A DNA stretch of 63,329 nucleotides, the filler included, from Welwitschia mirabilis (taxonomy: Eukaryota), in the NCBI GenBank assembly GCA_051453625.1. It is 8 parts of one record of this genome, joined end to end, with 100 filler letters (N's around TTAATTAATTAA, not from the genome) between each part and the next. Parts side by side here need not be neighbours in the genome. Positions count along the whole stretch, not along the records: positions 22,369 to 36,812 come from JBOZIK010000001.1; 7 more parts are not named here. One strand, written 5' to 3'. This document shows, in pieces, positions 24,909 through 36,912 of this stretch. Below the pieces are notes generated by a model. The model made no database searches. It was given only the letters and a program-made list of their open reading frames with translations, and was not told where the DNA came from. A program made the position numbers and the translations under genes. Every line of letters begins with the position of its first letter. The first letter of the stretch is position 1.

Positions 24909-25778
24909 TTCAACCATCATAACTTTTATTTTTATCTAATTTTACAGGGTTTTCTTTGTGGATAATCTAAGGAGCCTGGGATTTCCTTGTGTATCCTTAA
25001 AGATTCATATGCATAAATTCAGCCACTATTAGTTAAAGAATTTCTTTATTTCAAGCAATAGACAATTATCCCTTTTCAATTCAATAATTTAAGAATTTTT
25101 CATTAATGTATTTTAGTTAGTTATTAGAAGCTATTTCCATTGAATTCATAAGCCTTTATTTTGTTTTGATCATTTCTTTTCTATAAAGGTCATAATAGTC
25201 TTTAATCTCTACAGTTTAGTACTAGAAGGGTCTTGATTCTGATTACCTCTTTCTTTACCTTTGATTATGTTTTATTTTTTTCTAAATATATAAAATGTTA
25301 TTCACAAAGATTTAAAAATTTCGAAAATCTTAAAATAGTATCAGGGTCTTAGAATCAAAGCATGAATAGATAATACATAATCACACCTTTACTTATTAGG
25401 CCTTAAGCAAGCTGAGAAGGTGTGAGTATGCACTTACTGAAGGACAATGAATGTACCCTCTTGAATGTTCATACACATACTTTATCTAATGATACCTTGC
25501 CATCTCGGGGATGTACTTATGTTTTGTTTGTTTTCTTATATTTCAATTTAAAATATTATGTTAGATGTGAAGTAGAAATCAATATAGATATAATCTAATA
25601 TAAATATTGGTTTCCTAAAGAAGAAACTAATAAACTAATGATGTTATTTGCTTTGTGTTAACATACTTTGTTCAACTAAGTGATTCCTTGAAGTGAAATA
25701 TTCTTGCATTAGCTAACTTTGATGAAAATAAATTAAATTTTAAATGTTCTTATGTATGATGCTTAAACACAATTACAG

Positions 25779-28645
25779 CATGAAACCAACTACTATTATA
25801 AGGTTGGACTTGGAAAAGCAGCATGGAAATTCTCATTTACAACTCCACCTGCACCAGTCCCTGATGTTTCATATACCTTTGGGATCATTGGTGAGTATCA
25901 ATTGCTTATTACTTTTTTAAATTAATTATGTTTTTTTTAATTCATGCCTTGCTGGATTCTATCTGTTCACAAGGAAGCATGTTCCTCTTTCCTATATTTA
26001 AAAATTGCAACATGAATAGCTAAATAATTTAATGAGTTATTTATTTAGATAAAATATGAAATAAACTTACTTTTAAATTTAAAGTCCAAATAATAATATG
26101 CATAATTCATTTAGAATATTTGGGCCATACATCCCAATACCTCACCTTTGCAAACATAGGATACAACCTCATGTTATCAATGTATCTAGTAGGAAGCTCA
26201 ACCTCATCTTATCAAAAGAANNNNNNNNNNNNNNNNNNNNNNNNNNNNNNNNNNNNNNNNNNNNNNNNNNNNNNNNNNNNNNNNNNNNNNNNNNNNNNNN
26301 NNNNNNNNNNNNNNNNNNNNAAAAATTGCAACATTAATAGCTAAATAATTTAATGAGTTATTTATTTAGATAAAACATGAAACAAACTCCATTTCAGTTT
26401 CAAAGTACAAATAATATTATGCATAATTCATCTAGAATATTTGTTCTGTACATTCCAATACCTTACCTATACAAACCTAGGGTACAAACTCATGTTATTA
26501 ATGTATCTAGTAGGAAGCTCAATCTCATCTTATCAAAAGCCATTTTTAATTTTTCTTAGGAGACCTTAAATAATATTATAGCAGAAAGGACAAATCTAGA
26601 CTATAACTAACATATAAATCTTAATATATATAGTGATTTTAAAGGATTATAAGACTTTTATGGATAAATAAAACACATCTCTAGGTCAATGTAGTAAGCT
26701 TCTCATAGATATTACAGACTCATGACTTGTTAGAAAGCCTACTGAATAGTGAATGGCTCATTTTTAACTTCCAAAAAATGAATAAAAATATTGTACAATG
26801 TAACTTTCATTAATTAAATGATCACACGACTTATTTTAGGAGCCTTTAGATTCTTGACTTGTAGGCATCTTGGGACGATGTGCATGATGCATGCATTATT
26901 GGTTGATGTATATTATTTGTATGCTCTACATATTTGGATAAGTTTTCACATGGCAACATAGTCATTCTTATAAACATTAAAAGAATGATAATGAAAAAAA
27001 TAAATCTAATTTGCATATTATTGATTTTCTTATATACTTCTTACTCTGATGTTGTTTTTATTTATTTAAATATATTCTGCATCTTCTAAGCTTCTAAATT
27101 ATACTTTTGTAGGGGATCTTGATCAAACTTATAACTTAAACCAAACCCTTTACCATTATCTGAAAATAAATGGATAGGCTATACTCTTTGTAGGTGATCT
27201 TTCATATGCAGATGTCTACCCATTTCATGATAACAGAAGGCGGGATACATGAGGAAAATTCATTAGAAGAAGCATAGCCTGTCAGCCTTGGATATGAAAT
27301 ATAGAAAATCATAAACTTGATTATGTTCCTGACATTGTATGCAAACCTCTTTAAATATGTCAAGGAATCATCTTTAAAATTTCCATTTGGCTGACTTGGT
27401 AATAATCATTGAACATTTCATTGTTTATGCAGGGTGAATCCCAACCATTTAAACCCTGTAGTCATTGATACCATGTTCCATTCAAATCGTTAAATAGTAT
27501 AGCTCCATTTTAGTATTCAGTCAAGCATGGCTCTACTTACGTTATTGTTCGTGCATCATACTCTGCTTATGGTGCATACCATATCTTGTGTTTCCATTTT
27601 TTTTTTAATTTAGAGATGAAGGATAAATCTTTCTGATAGTTGTTTATTTTCAATCTTCATATTTGTTCTAATGTTTTAGTTAAAACAATTTAAACCAAAA
27701 ATTTAAATTCTACACGTTTAAGAAGATTAATTGTAATCTACATAACTCACAATGTATAGGAAAATATACAGCCCAATATAGGTGGCTTCAACATAACAAA
27801 GGTGGATAAAAGAGTGAATCCATGGATAATTGTTCTCATGCATGCCCCATGGTACAATAGCAACAATTATTATGACATGAAAGGTGAAACTATGCAAGTC
27901 TAGTTTGAATCCTGGTTTACAAAGTACAAGGTTGATGTAGTCTTTTCTAGTCATGTTCATGCCTATGAAAGATCTATAAGCTTCGTTACTTTATCTTTAT
28001 TAGTAATTTATTATCAAAGTTTTCAGTATCTCTTTGTAGACCATGTTTCTTTACTGTGTTGCATCTATTCTACCATATTTTAAAAGTGAGATGATTTTGA
28101 TTAGTAATCTTTACTTTCACCCTACGTAAATTTTAAATATCATTTTCTTAAAGCATCCTATATGAAAATAGCTAGAATAAGATCTAAAATTAATAAGGAT
28201 TATAATAATCAGAAACTAACCACATATTTTGGGATGCAGAAACATGTTTCCAACATTTCTTATGATATTGTAAATGCAAACTGTACACCTATATTCAATC
28301 CATCATCACTTGTTTATATTACTATTGGAAATGATGGCAACATTGAGGGTATTATAGCTAAGAAAGAAGAAACCTTTTTCAGTGTGACTAGATTTTATTA
28401 TGACAATGCATTTAAATGTCTTTAATGATAGGTGGACGGGTTCTCTTTGTAGCTTTACAGAACCACAACCTAATTACTCAGTTTTTTGAGAAGCAAGCTT
28501 TGGCCATGCAATGCTAGAGATTAAGAACAGGACTCATGCTTACTATCACTAGCACCAGAATCAGATATAGCAAGCAAAGTGGATGATTCTCTATGGTTTT
28601 ATAATAGATATTGGTTTCCTAAAGAAGAAACTAATAAATTAATAA
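25779..28645 (+). pseudogene. PAP: Purple acid phosphatase (PAP10/12/26-type) pseudogene with 5' exons missing. Exons ~25779-25890, 27113-27336, 27433-27571, 27760-27975, 28240-28362, 28453-28645
   Basis: [107 protein letters not shown]. Mostly GT-AG introns, multiple stops, a frameshift, and altered metal-site motifs (GDLG>GDLD, GNHE>ENHK, GHVH>SHVH). Confidence 0.93.
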
Positions 28646-29270
28646 CCTTTAGAGTAGAGTGAGCTAGACTTGATTAATTCAAAAAGATAAGGAAATGCAT
28701 GAGTGCAGAGCTAATTGTTTTCTACTAATAAGAATTAAAAGAGGTAAACTCTTAAGGGTAGATGTTATTGGTCCAACAAGTTGATTATCATTAACCCTCA
28801 AATCCTACTTCTTTGAATAATTATACAGTGAAATAGTAGTTATTCCATTGAATTTATTGCCATGAATCTATAAGATCCTTAGGCATATCATACTTCCTAC
28901 CACATCAATTTCACGATAAAACATAGCCTGTTATAGTAGATACAGAAGCTTTAACTAGTAGCTTATACTTTAGAGGCAAGAATATTAATTCACATAATTA
29001 AAACCTCACATAAGGTTATAAATGATAGAGTATTGATCAGTGAAGAAGAAAAGTCTTCAAATGCACTTCATTATGTTCTAGTGTTAATCATAAATCTCCA
29101 ATAATAGTTGATAAGATAAATCAATTCACAAATGTTGTGAGATTTAAGCAAAGTTATTCCTTTTCTAATCCAATTAGTAAAAAAAAAGGAAACATTACAA
29201 AACATTAGTTTACTCTACAAAACATATACATAGTAAACTAGAAGTGGTAGAGTTATGAAACTTACAAATA

Positions 29271-29474
29271 TCATAGGATGAAAGTATTTTGATCCTCAAA
29301 TACCATATGATAAAAGTATTTAACCATTAATAAAAGTCCTCTCAAAGACATCTTAGGCTCTCATTCAAGCTTATCTTTTGCCTTTGAAATATCAAATTTT
29401 CTCATGTATGGATCATTTGCGACATTCTCTTTAAAGATGATTTTTGAATTTGGATCAATAAAATCCTTTACAAC
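29271..29474 (-). pseudogene. UXS: Orphan terminal exon of UDP-glucuronate decarboxylase (UDP-xylose synthase)
   Basis: AG|VVKDFIDPNSKIIFKENVANDPYMRKFDISKAKDKLE*EPKMSLRGLLLMVKYF...FEDQ matches the UXS C-terminus VVxETIDP.A.IEF.PNT.DDPHKRKPDISKAKELL.WEPK.SLR.GLPLMV.DFR. Confidence 0.85.
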
Positions 29475-32400
29475 CTATAAGTCAAACATAAATATGTGAA
29501 ATATTTTTTCATCAAAGTCATATATGCTAGACATAAATAAAACCTATTTCCAAATGAAAATACAAAAATTTTAAAATTGCATAGATTATTTAAAATATGA
29601 TAAAAGACAATAAATGATATGAAAACAAATAAAATGTTGAAGAGATATATATCTTTATAAGTTTACGCATATATAATTTTCCTCTATAACACATTTTCTA
29701 AGATTCAATGACCCTCCCAAACTCGTTCAGAAAAACATTTCCTTTATGTTCATAATTTTAAAAAATCTTTCAGAGTGTAGACCCAATAGTATTCATAAAG
29801 CAACTCATTTCTTTATTTTATCATTCAAAGGATCTCGTCCTACAGCCCAAGATTATGCTTCTAAACTTAAGAAAACTTTTCAAATTCTTAAAATTAAAAA
29901 ACAAAAGGCAAACAGAAGTTTTTAAAAATAATAGTCTTAAAATTACATTAGAAAAAATTTAAATCAAAAATATTTTTTAATAAAACACATTTAAAAGATA
30001 TAAATATTGAAATAAAGCAAATGTCTACTTTTCCAACACATCTTCTGAAGCATAATGGAAACTTATAGAGAATAAAAATTTTAACTAGGAATTTTTGTAA
30101 GTTTCATAAAGGCTCTTCTATTTTTTGAGAAAGCTAAGGAATTGGAGGATTTAATTGACTTAATCAAGGATATCATACTTATTCTTATCCTATACTACCT
30201 CGAAAGACTTGATAAGTCTTTGTATCTTCTAGATCTCAACATTTTTGTTAGTTTTTTGGGCTTCAACCATTTTATTAAAATCATAGACTACAAATATAGT
30301 TAAAAAACTGCTTAAATTTTTAGAATGTAAATCTTTCATAGGTGATTAAGACTGAAATAAAATATTGTTAATCACTACAAATGAAAATATCTATGAGTGT
30401 CCTTCACTATCTTTGAAGTGTTCTCATTTAAGATAAATGTATAGAAACCATTCTATGTCAAGTCCATTTTTTTTAACGGTTAAAGATCCAAAAGATTTAG
30501 ATCTGATTATCATACTTTCAGATTTAGTTGCCTTACCTATGCATCAAACAATGAACAAATGAAGAACCATAGAAAAACAAAAAGAAAATGGCAAAAAGTG
30601 AAGAATATGAATCCTTAATAGATAGGACAATGGCAACATAGAAGAAGGGGGAATTGCAGAATAGAACTTCTAAAGATGCCTAAGCCATTGGCATCTTTTA
30701 GAATGTTTGCCCACAGAGACAATGAGCCCATGCACTAGTTTGTTAGTGGTTGTGAAGGCTCTCTTTTCTTGCAAGCTTGTAGCCTCTTAAGTCCTATCAT
30801 CTACTTTTTTTCTCCTTATTACTTGTGGCCCTACTCATAGTTCTACTCAAATACATGGCCCTACTTATGGATCTACTCAAAGTTACACCCACGCTGTATT
30901 TTTGTACAATTTCTCGCACTATGTTTTTGAAAGAAATGCATGAGGTTTTTTAGCTTTTGATGATGCGTGACTATTTTAAATTTATTGGAGGTAGCTTCTA
31001 AGGTGTTTGTTTGAATAAGTGCCTTAAAATATCAGCCTTAAAAATGCCTTAAAAATAGTAATAATTAAGGTATTTATTTAAATAAACTCCTTAAAAACCT
31101 CTATTTCTTGTTGTATACCATGGATCTGAGTCTCCTCTAGATAAATGTAGGAAGGTCCATCTGCTTCCCCTGTGTAAAAGCTACAAATATCTATAAATGT
31201 GCTACAATGGTGTGATTGTTGTGAAAGGATGAATTGATGTTATGGATTAGTCTCCTATGTAAAACTATTTATGCACGGAGTAGCTAAGTAATATTTATCC
31301 TCATTAATTAGTAGTGAGATTGATTGGAATATCCAAAATAGACCCATATTCTCAATGCTCCTCAGTTTCATCAGTTGAGTATATGTGCATGCTTCCAAGT
31401 CCATCAAGATCTATAATAACTATAATATGGCATGGAAGAAATGCTATCTCCTGATCTTATATAAAAACAACAATCATATCCTGTAACTAACTATGAGCAT
31501 CAAATCGCCTTTCGATATGCATGGTGTTGTAGAACTCACTTATCTTTGATACATAGTATGATCTATGCACATCTATAATCCATCTAAGCTATAAATATGT
31601 TAATCTATGATGATGCTTGACACATATACTAACTATCTGAATAGTCAAGGAATGACTGTGTCAAGGTGGTGGATGTGCAGGCTCTACATGCTCTATCTTT
31701 GGCTCAACTAGAGAGCCCACATCCTACTCAACTACCTCGGCCTTAGCCTCAACCTGTCTAGCTATACGTGTATAGAGCATACTAAATCATAAACATAAAA
31801 AAACATCATGCAAAAACAAAAAGATATGTTAAAAACATCACATGGATGCATAATAATAGCTCCTAAAATCAATTAAAAAGCTATAAAAAATACTAAAAAA
31901 ATCTGTCGAGAAAGAGTGGTAATGAATTCCAAATTTCCTAGACATGTGAAGAAAAATGAAAAATACGTAAAAAATTGAAAGTTGTATTTTAAGTAGCCCC
32001 CACATGAAGTGAAAATTCAAATTACTCAAATAAAAAAAATCTAATCCAATAGAGTTATATAACATATCAAACTGATCAATTTTACCTAAAGAACCACTAC
32101 GATTAGATCTACAATTCGCAAGAAAATGGATGTGAAAGATAAAAATTTTTAAAAACTTTATAAAATGTAAAAATGCTCATAACTAAAAAAATATGCAGTG
32201 AAATTCAGATTCATAAGTTCCAAATCAAGGAGCATGAAAAACTAGATGATATACATGAAAGCTACACATGAAAGGTTAAAAAATGGAAGAAAAATTTAAA
32301 AATAGGAGGAAAAAACATACATCATTGTTGAAAAATTAGTAATATCTTATGAATTTGGATATGAAATCTAGCAAGACAAGTTCTAGAACACTAGTATAGG

Positions 32401-33132
32401 CTAGATCGATCATTGTCTCTCAAAGGAATAAGTGAAAATGATAAATAAATGAGAAAAAATAAGGAAAAAGAATTTGGGTCATGGTTATATCACACTATCA
32501 TCTGGTTGTATCATCTAGATAATAGCCCTATAATAACTCTAAAAGAATTAAATTATCATCTCTAGTATCATTTAGACAACCAAGTAAATGATAGAACATG
32601 AAAAGCTTTTAAAAAGAAAAATATTGGCTAGCAAACTTAGGCTTATATATGATCATTTACGTATTAGTTCTAAATAGAAAAACTCAGAAAGACAGAAAAA
32701 ATCAAATAAAAAACCAATAAAAATTAAGAAGAAAAGAATAAATAGAAAAAAAGGAAAAACTATGGTTGAAGAAAATAGACTATCTTAGTGTAAACTTACA
32801 AGAAAAATTTCATGAATGTACCCAAACAGAAAAGAAAATTATGATAGACTTAGAACTCCATAAGCTATAAGGGAACTCATAAAAACTAGGAAATGAAAAA
32901 TATGTTCTTTTTGATTTTCAAATGCTCACTAAAAAATGATATAATATAAAATAATAACAAGAAAACTACTAAATGATTAAGGTCTTATAAAATAATAAAA
33001 AATGCATAAATAACATTAAAATCCTAAACTGAAAAGTTAAAGAAACATAGAGTAAAAATGGATATAAGAAATAAGGATAATATTGTTTACCTATCCTAAG
33101 TACTAACCTAACAAACTCCCAAGAAATACATC

Positions 33133-36100
33133 TATTGTGCTACCAATTTACAGTTATTTGATGGGTTTTATGAGTTGTTTTATAGGACTTTGATATAGGT
33201 TTAGGTGCAATTCTAAGGATTTTGGAGATATAAGAGGAAATCTCGGAAAGAGAAATTATTATCCAAATTTAATGCATTTAAGGCACTTTCCAATGAATAA
33301 AGCTTTTCATGATAAAACTACTAAGTTTCTCCTCAAGAAAGACATTAAAGAAGACAGTCATCCCCTCTTTATTCACATGATAATCAGGACAATGATAGCT
33401 GATATGGACTACTGAGNNNNNNNNNNNNNNNNNNNNNNNNNNNGTTCTGTCATCCCCTATATCATCCAAACAATAGCCCAAAGAACATTAACAATCCATT
33501 TCTGAGTGCTTAATGAGCATGCATAAGTACACCTTTTGTTTGTCCATTTTTGTTATATTTTCCTATAAATAAGTTTTTTTTTGACTATCCTTATTATCTC
33601 CAATGCACCAGAGATTCTCATGATAGGAAAGAGAAGGACAGGAGATCTATCTTGAGAGTTGCAGAAAGACAAGCATTTGGTGGAGGGTTAAGTATCTTCT
33701 ATTAAGAGTTAACTATTTTATAACCTAGATATTGTTAGTCTTTAATATAAATCTTGGTTTTATATTATCTTTGCGTTATAGATCTTTTTATGTCCCTTAT
33801 AGCCTAATATTGCCCTTGATTTGGCAATAATTTCTTGGGTGATATAGATTATCAAGGGCATCCTTCATTAAACCTGAAAGCAAGTAGGACTAGGATTATT
33901 TTGCATTGCATGATTAGTTTAGATTTCATCTTGCACTTTGCATGGTAGTTTATTTTCTTACATTATTCTATTTATGGGTCCTAAAGTTAATTTTCAAAAG
34001 TAAACTAAGTCACACACTCATAGACTTTAATAAGATATGACATTTTGGGCCATTTCCATTTATTAGTATGATGTATTATGCATAATATCTACTTTAATTA
34101 TTAATGAAAAAATCTAGTTGAACATAAAAGTATGCATAAATACACATTAAAACAAATTGGCATCATTGCCAGGGAAGGCTATGAAAGAGTACAAAGGTTA
34201 TCATCATTCAGATAAGCATATCAGCCTCTATCTATACGACATTGTATTTTATTAGGAGCTTTAGGTTTTCAATGTGCTATGTTTTAGTTTCGGTTTTTTA
34301 GATTTTGGTTTTCTGTAAAAAAATTTGATCCTTTCCTCTGTTATTCTCACAATAGTCAGGATGATAGTATGCTATTTTTCTTTTTAGTTTATATTTTTGG
34401 ATTTTGATTTTTTCTGCAATAAATTAGTTTTGTCATCTCCTATGATGTCCAAATGACTAGGTGGATGACAAGCCTTTTTTTTTGTATTTTTTGCTTTCTG
34501 TTTTAAGTTTTGGTTCTATTTTTGTTTTCTATTTTCTATGTGTGTTGTCTCTTCCATTGTCTAGACAACATATATTATAATGGTCTCTTATTTTTAATCC
34601 ATTTTCTATTGTTTTCTTTTTGTAGGATGTTGTGATATGGTTAATCTGAAGAAGAAATATCTTAGATAAAAATAGCTAGTAGAAAAGAACCTCAAAGAAG
34701 AACTAGTGAGCATAGAAAAAGAGTCAGAAGAAAAATCGCTAGGTGCACTCAATCCTTCTTTTAAATTTATTTTTTCTGAGTCTGATTTCCTTAATGAAAA
34801 ACTAGTAGAAGGAGAGAATCATCCTACAATGTCGAGTGCCTTCTATAAGTAAAAACAAGTTGTATGATCTTCTACCCCTAATGCTAATCTCACTCTTAGA
34901 GAATTATTAGCCAATAAGAAAAGAGTAATTCAAACACCTTTTTACCTACTCTCAGGAGATGATGTAGAATCCAAAAATTTATATTCCTATCCAATTTTAG
35001 TGGAGAAGATAATGAGGATTCCATTCAATATATTTAAGACATTGAACAACTTATCCTTACCTCAGGAAATGAGAAAAAAATAACAGATAGAACATACATG
35101 ATAATCTTTCCCATGATATTAAAAGGTAAAGCAAAACTTTGGTTAAAAACTTTACTCAACAAAGGCCTAAAAACTTGGGATAAAGTCTGGGAAACCTTTA
35201 TAAAAAGATTTATGAATGAAAAAACTATATGAAAAAGAAGAAAAGATGTAATGAACTTCCAAAAAAAACCAAATGAAAATTATACCTCTACTTATGAATA
35301 TTTCTTTGTAGCAGTCCACTCTAATCCAGTAGATGCCTTTTTATCACAAGAAGAAACTAACCATTTTTATAGTGGATTAACTCCCCATACGAAACAACTC
35401 ATAGATTTCTCTTGTGGTGGAAACCTCATAAACCTTATAATAAATGATACATGGATAAAATAATAAGAACTTATGGAGGTAAGTAAAACTTGGTTAACAC
35501 CTAAAGAAAATCAAATAGTAGGCCAACTCATCAAGGAATTAAAACATATGAAGCAACAAAAAGAGGTAGAAGACAACCTACAAATTCTATAAGTTAATTT
35601 ACAACAACCTTAGAGAAGTATACAAAAATGATTTTAGATGGTAAAATGCAACTGAAAAAATGTTATGTAAACTTATAATTTATGTGAGGACTATTATCAT
35701 GTCACTAAAAATTGTCCTCTTTTACCAACTTACAAAGAAAGAATTCATGAGGAAGTTTTTACTTTTAATCAACCATTTCAAAACTTTTAAAACTAAAATT
35801 AGGTATAACCTAGGTTAAATACATATCTCCAAAACAATCCTCAACCTTTTATAAAATGACTTAAAAATACATATTACCAACCAAGTTCATCTAACTTTCA
35901 ATATTCAAATGATTAACTTGGAATCTCTTTGAATGAAATGAAAAGAATGTAAGAGGTAAAAAAGGCCAAAATAGATAACTTGGTAAATGTCCTTTAACAA
36001 ACATTACTAGCAAACTAAAGACATCAAGGAGCTTTACCTACACAACCTTTATTCAATTCAAATAAGCTAAGAAAATATTATAAGGTTGTAATAAGAAGTT

Positions 36101-36812
36101 GATAAGAAATAAACCCTCCTTCATGTGAACCTTATACCTCCCACAAAATGAACAAGAATAGGAAGAGGACATTGAGATTTTAGATTATTACAATTTTTCT
36201 TCTCTTGGCAAGAAGAAAAAGAAAAGTCCTTCTACCCCTTGGCTTTATATGCTTAACAATAATTCAAATTTTAATTATCATTTAAAAACCTTGATAAAAA
36301 ATGTAAGCATAAACTTATCATTTTGGAAAGCTTTACAAGAAAATCCGAGGTACTCAAAACTATGAAAAGATTTGATTAAAAGAAAATAAAAAAGAGTTAT
36401 TCCTAGTAAGGTCTTTCTTGCCTAATTCCTCACAAATTTAGTGTTATAAAAATCATCAAAATTTAAAGATCCAAAAGAAGCAATGATAAATGTTACTGTA
36501 GAGGGAAATAAAAAGATAAGAAAAGTATTGATTGATATTGGAGTAAGTGCTAATATTATATCACTTTACATTTGTAAGAGTCTTGCTTTAGAGGATAGAA
36601 TAGATCCTACCTTGATTGTCTTAGAATTAGTAGATACATTAGTTAGGAAACTATTAGGTGTTATTAAAGATTTTGCAATACAAATTGAAGAGGATTATTA
36701 CCCAATAGATGTGATTATCATATAAGTTAAACATAATAGAGGATATCCTTTACTTCTAGGTAGAGCTTTTTATGCAATAGCCCACTGCATTATTGATATA
36801 AGAAAAGGAACA
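33133..36812 (+). mobile_element. Athila-type gypsy: 5' LTR family B 33133-34154, PBS ~34158, decayed gag (~34830-35750) and aspartic protease (36483-36812)
   Basis: LTR homologous to 37188-38244; PBS TGGCATCATTGCCAGGGA; gag IFPMILKGKAKLWLKTL and FYSGLTPHTKQLIDFSCGG; protease VLIDIGVSANII and LLGRAF. Confidence 0.88.
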
Positions 36813-36912
36813 NNNNNNNNNNNNNNNNNNNNNNNNNNNNNNNNNNNNNNNNNNNNTTAATTAATTAANNNNNNNNNNNNNNNNNNNNNNNNNNNNNNNN
36901 NNNNNNNNNNNN

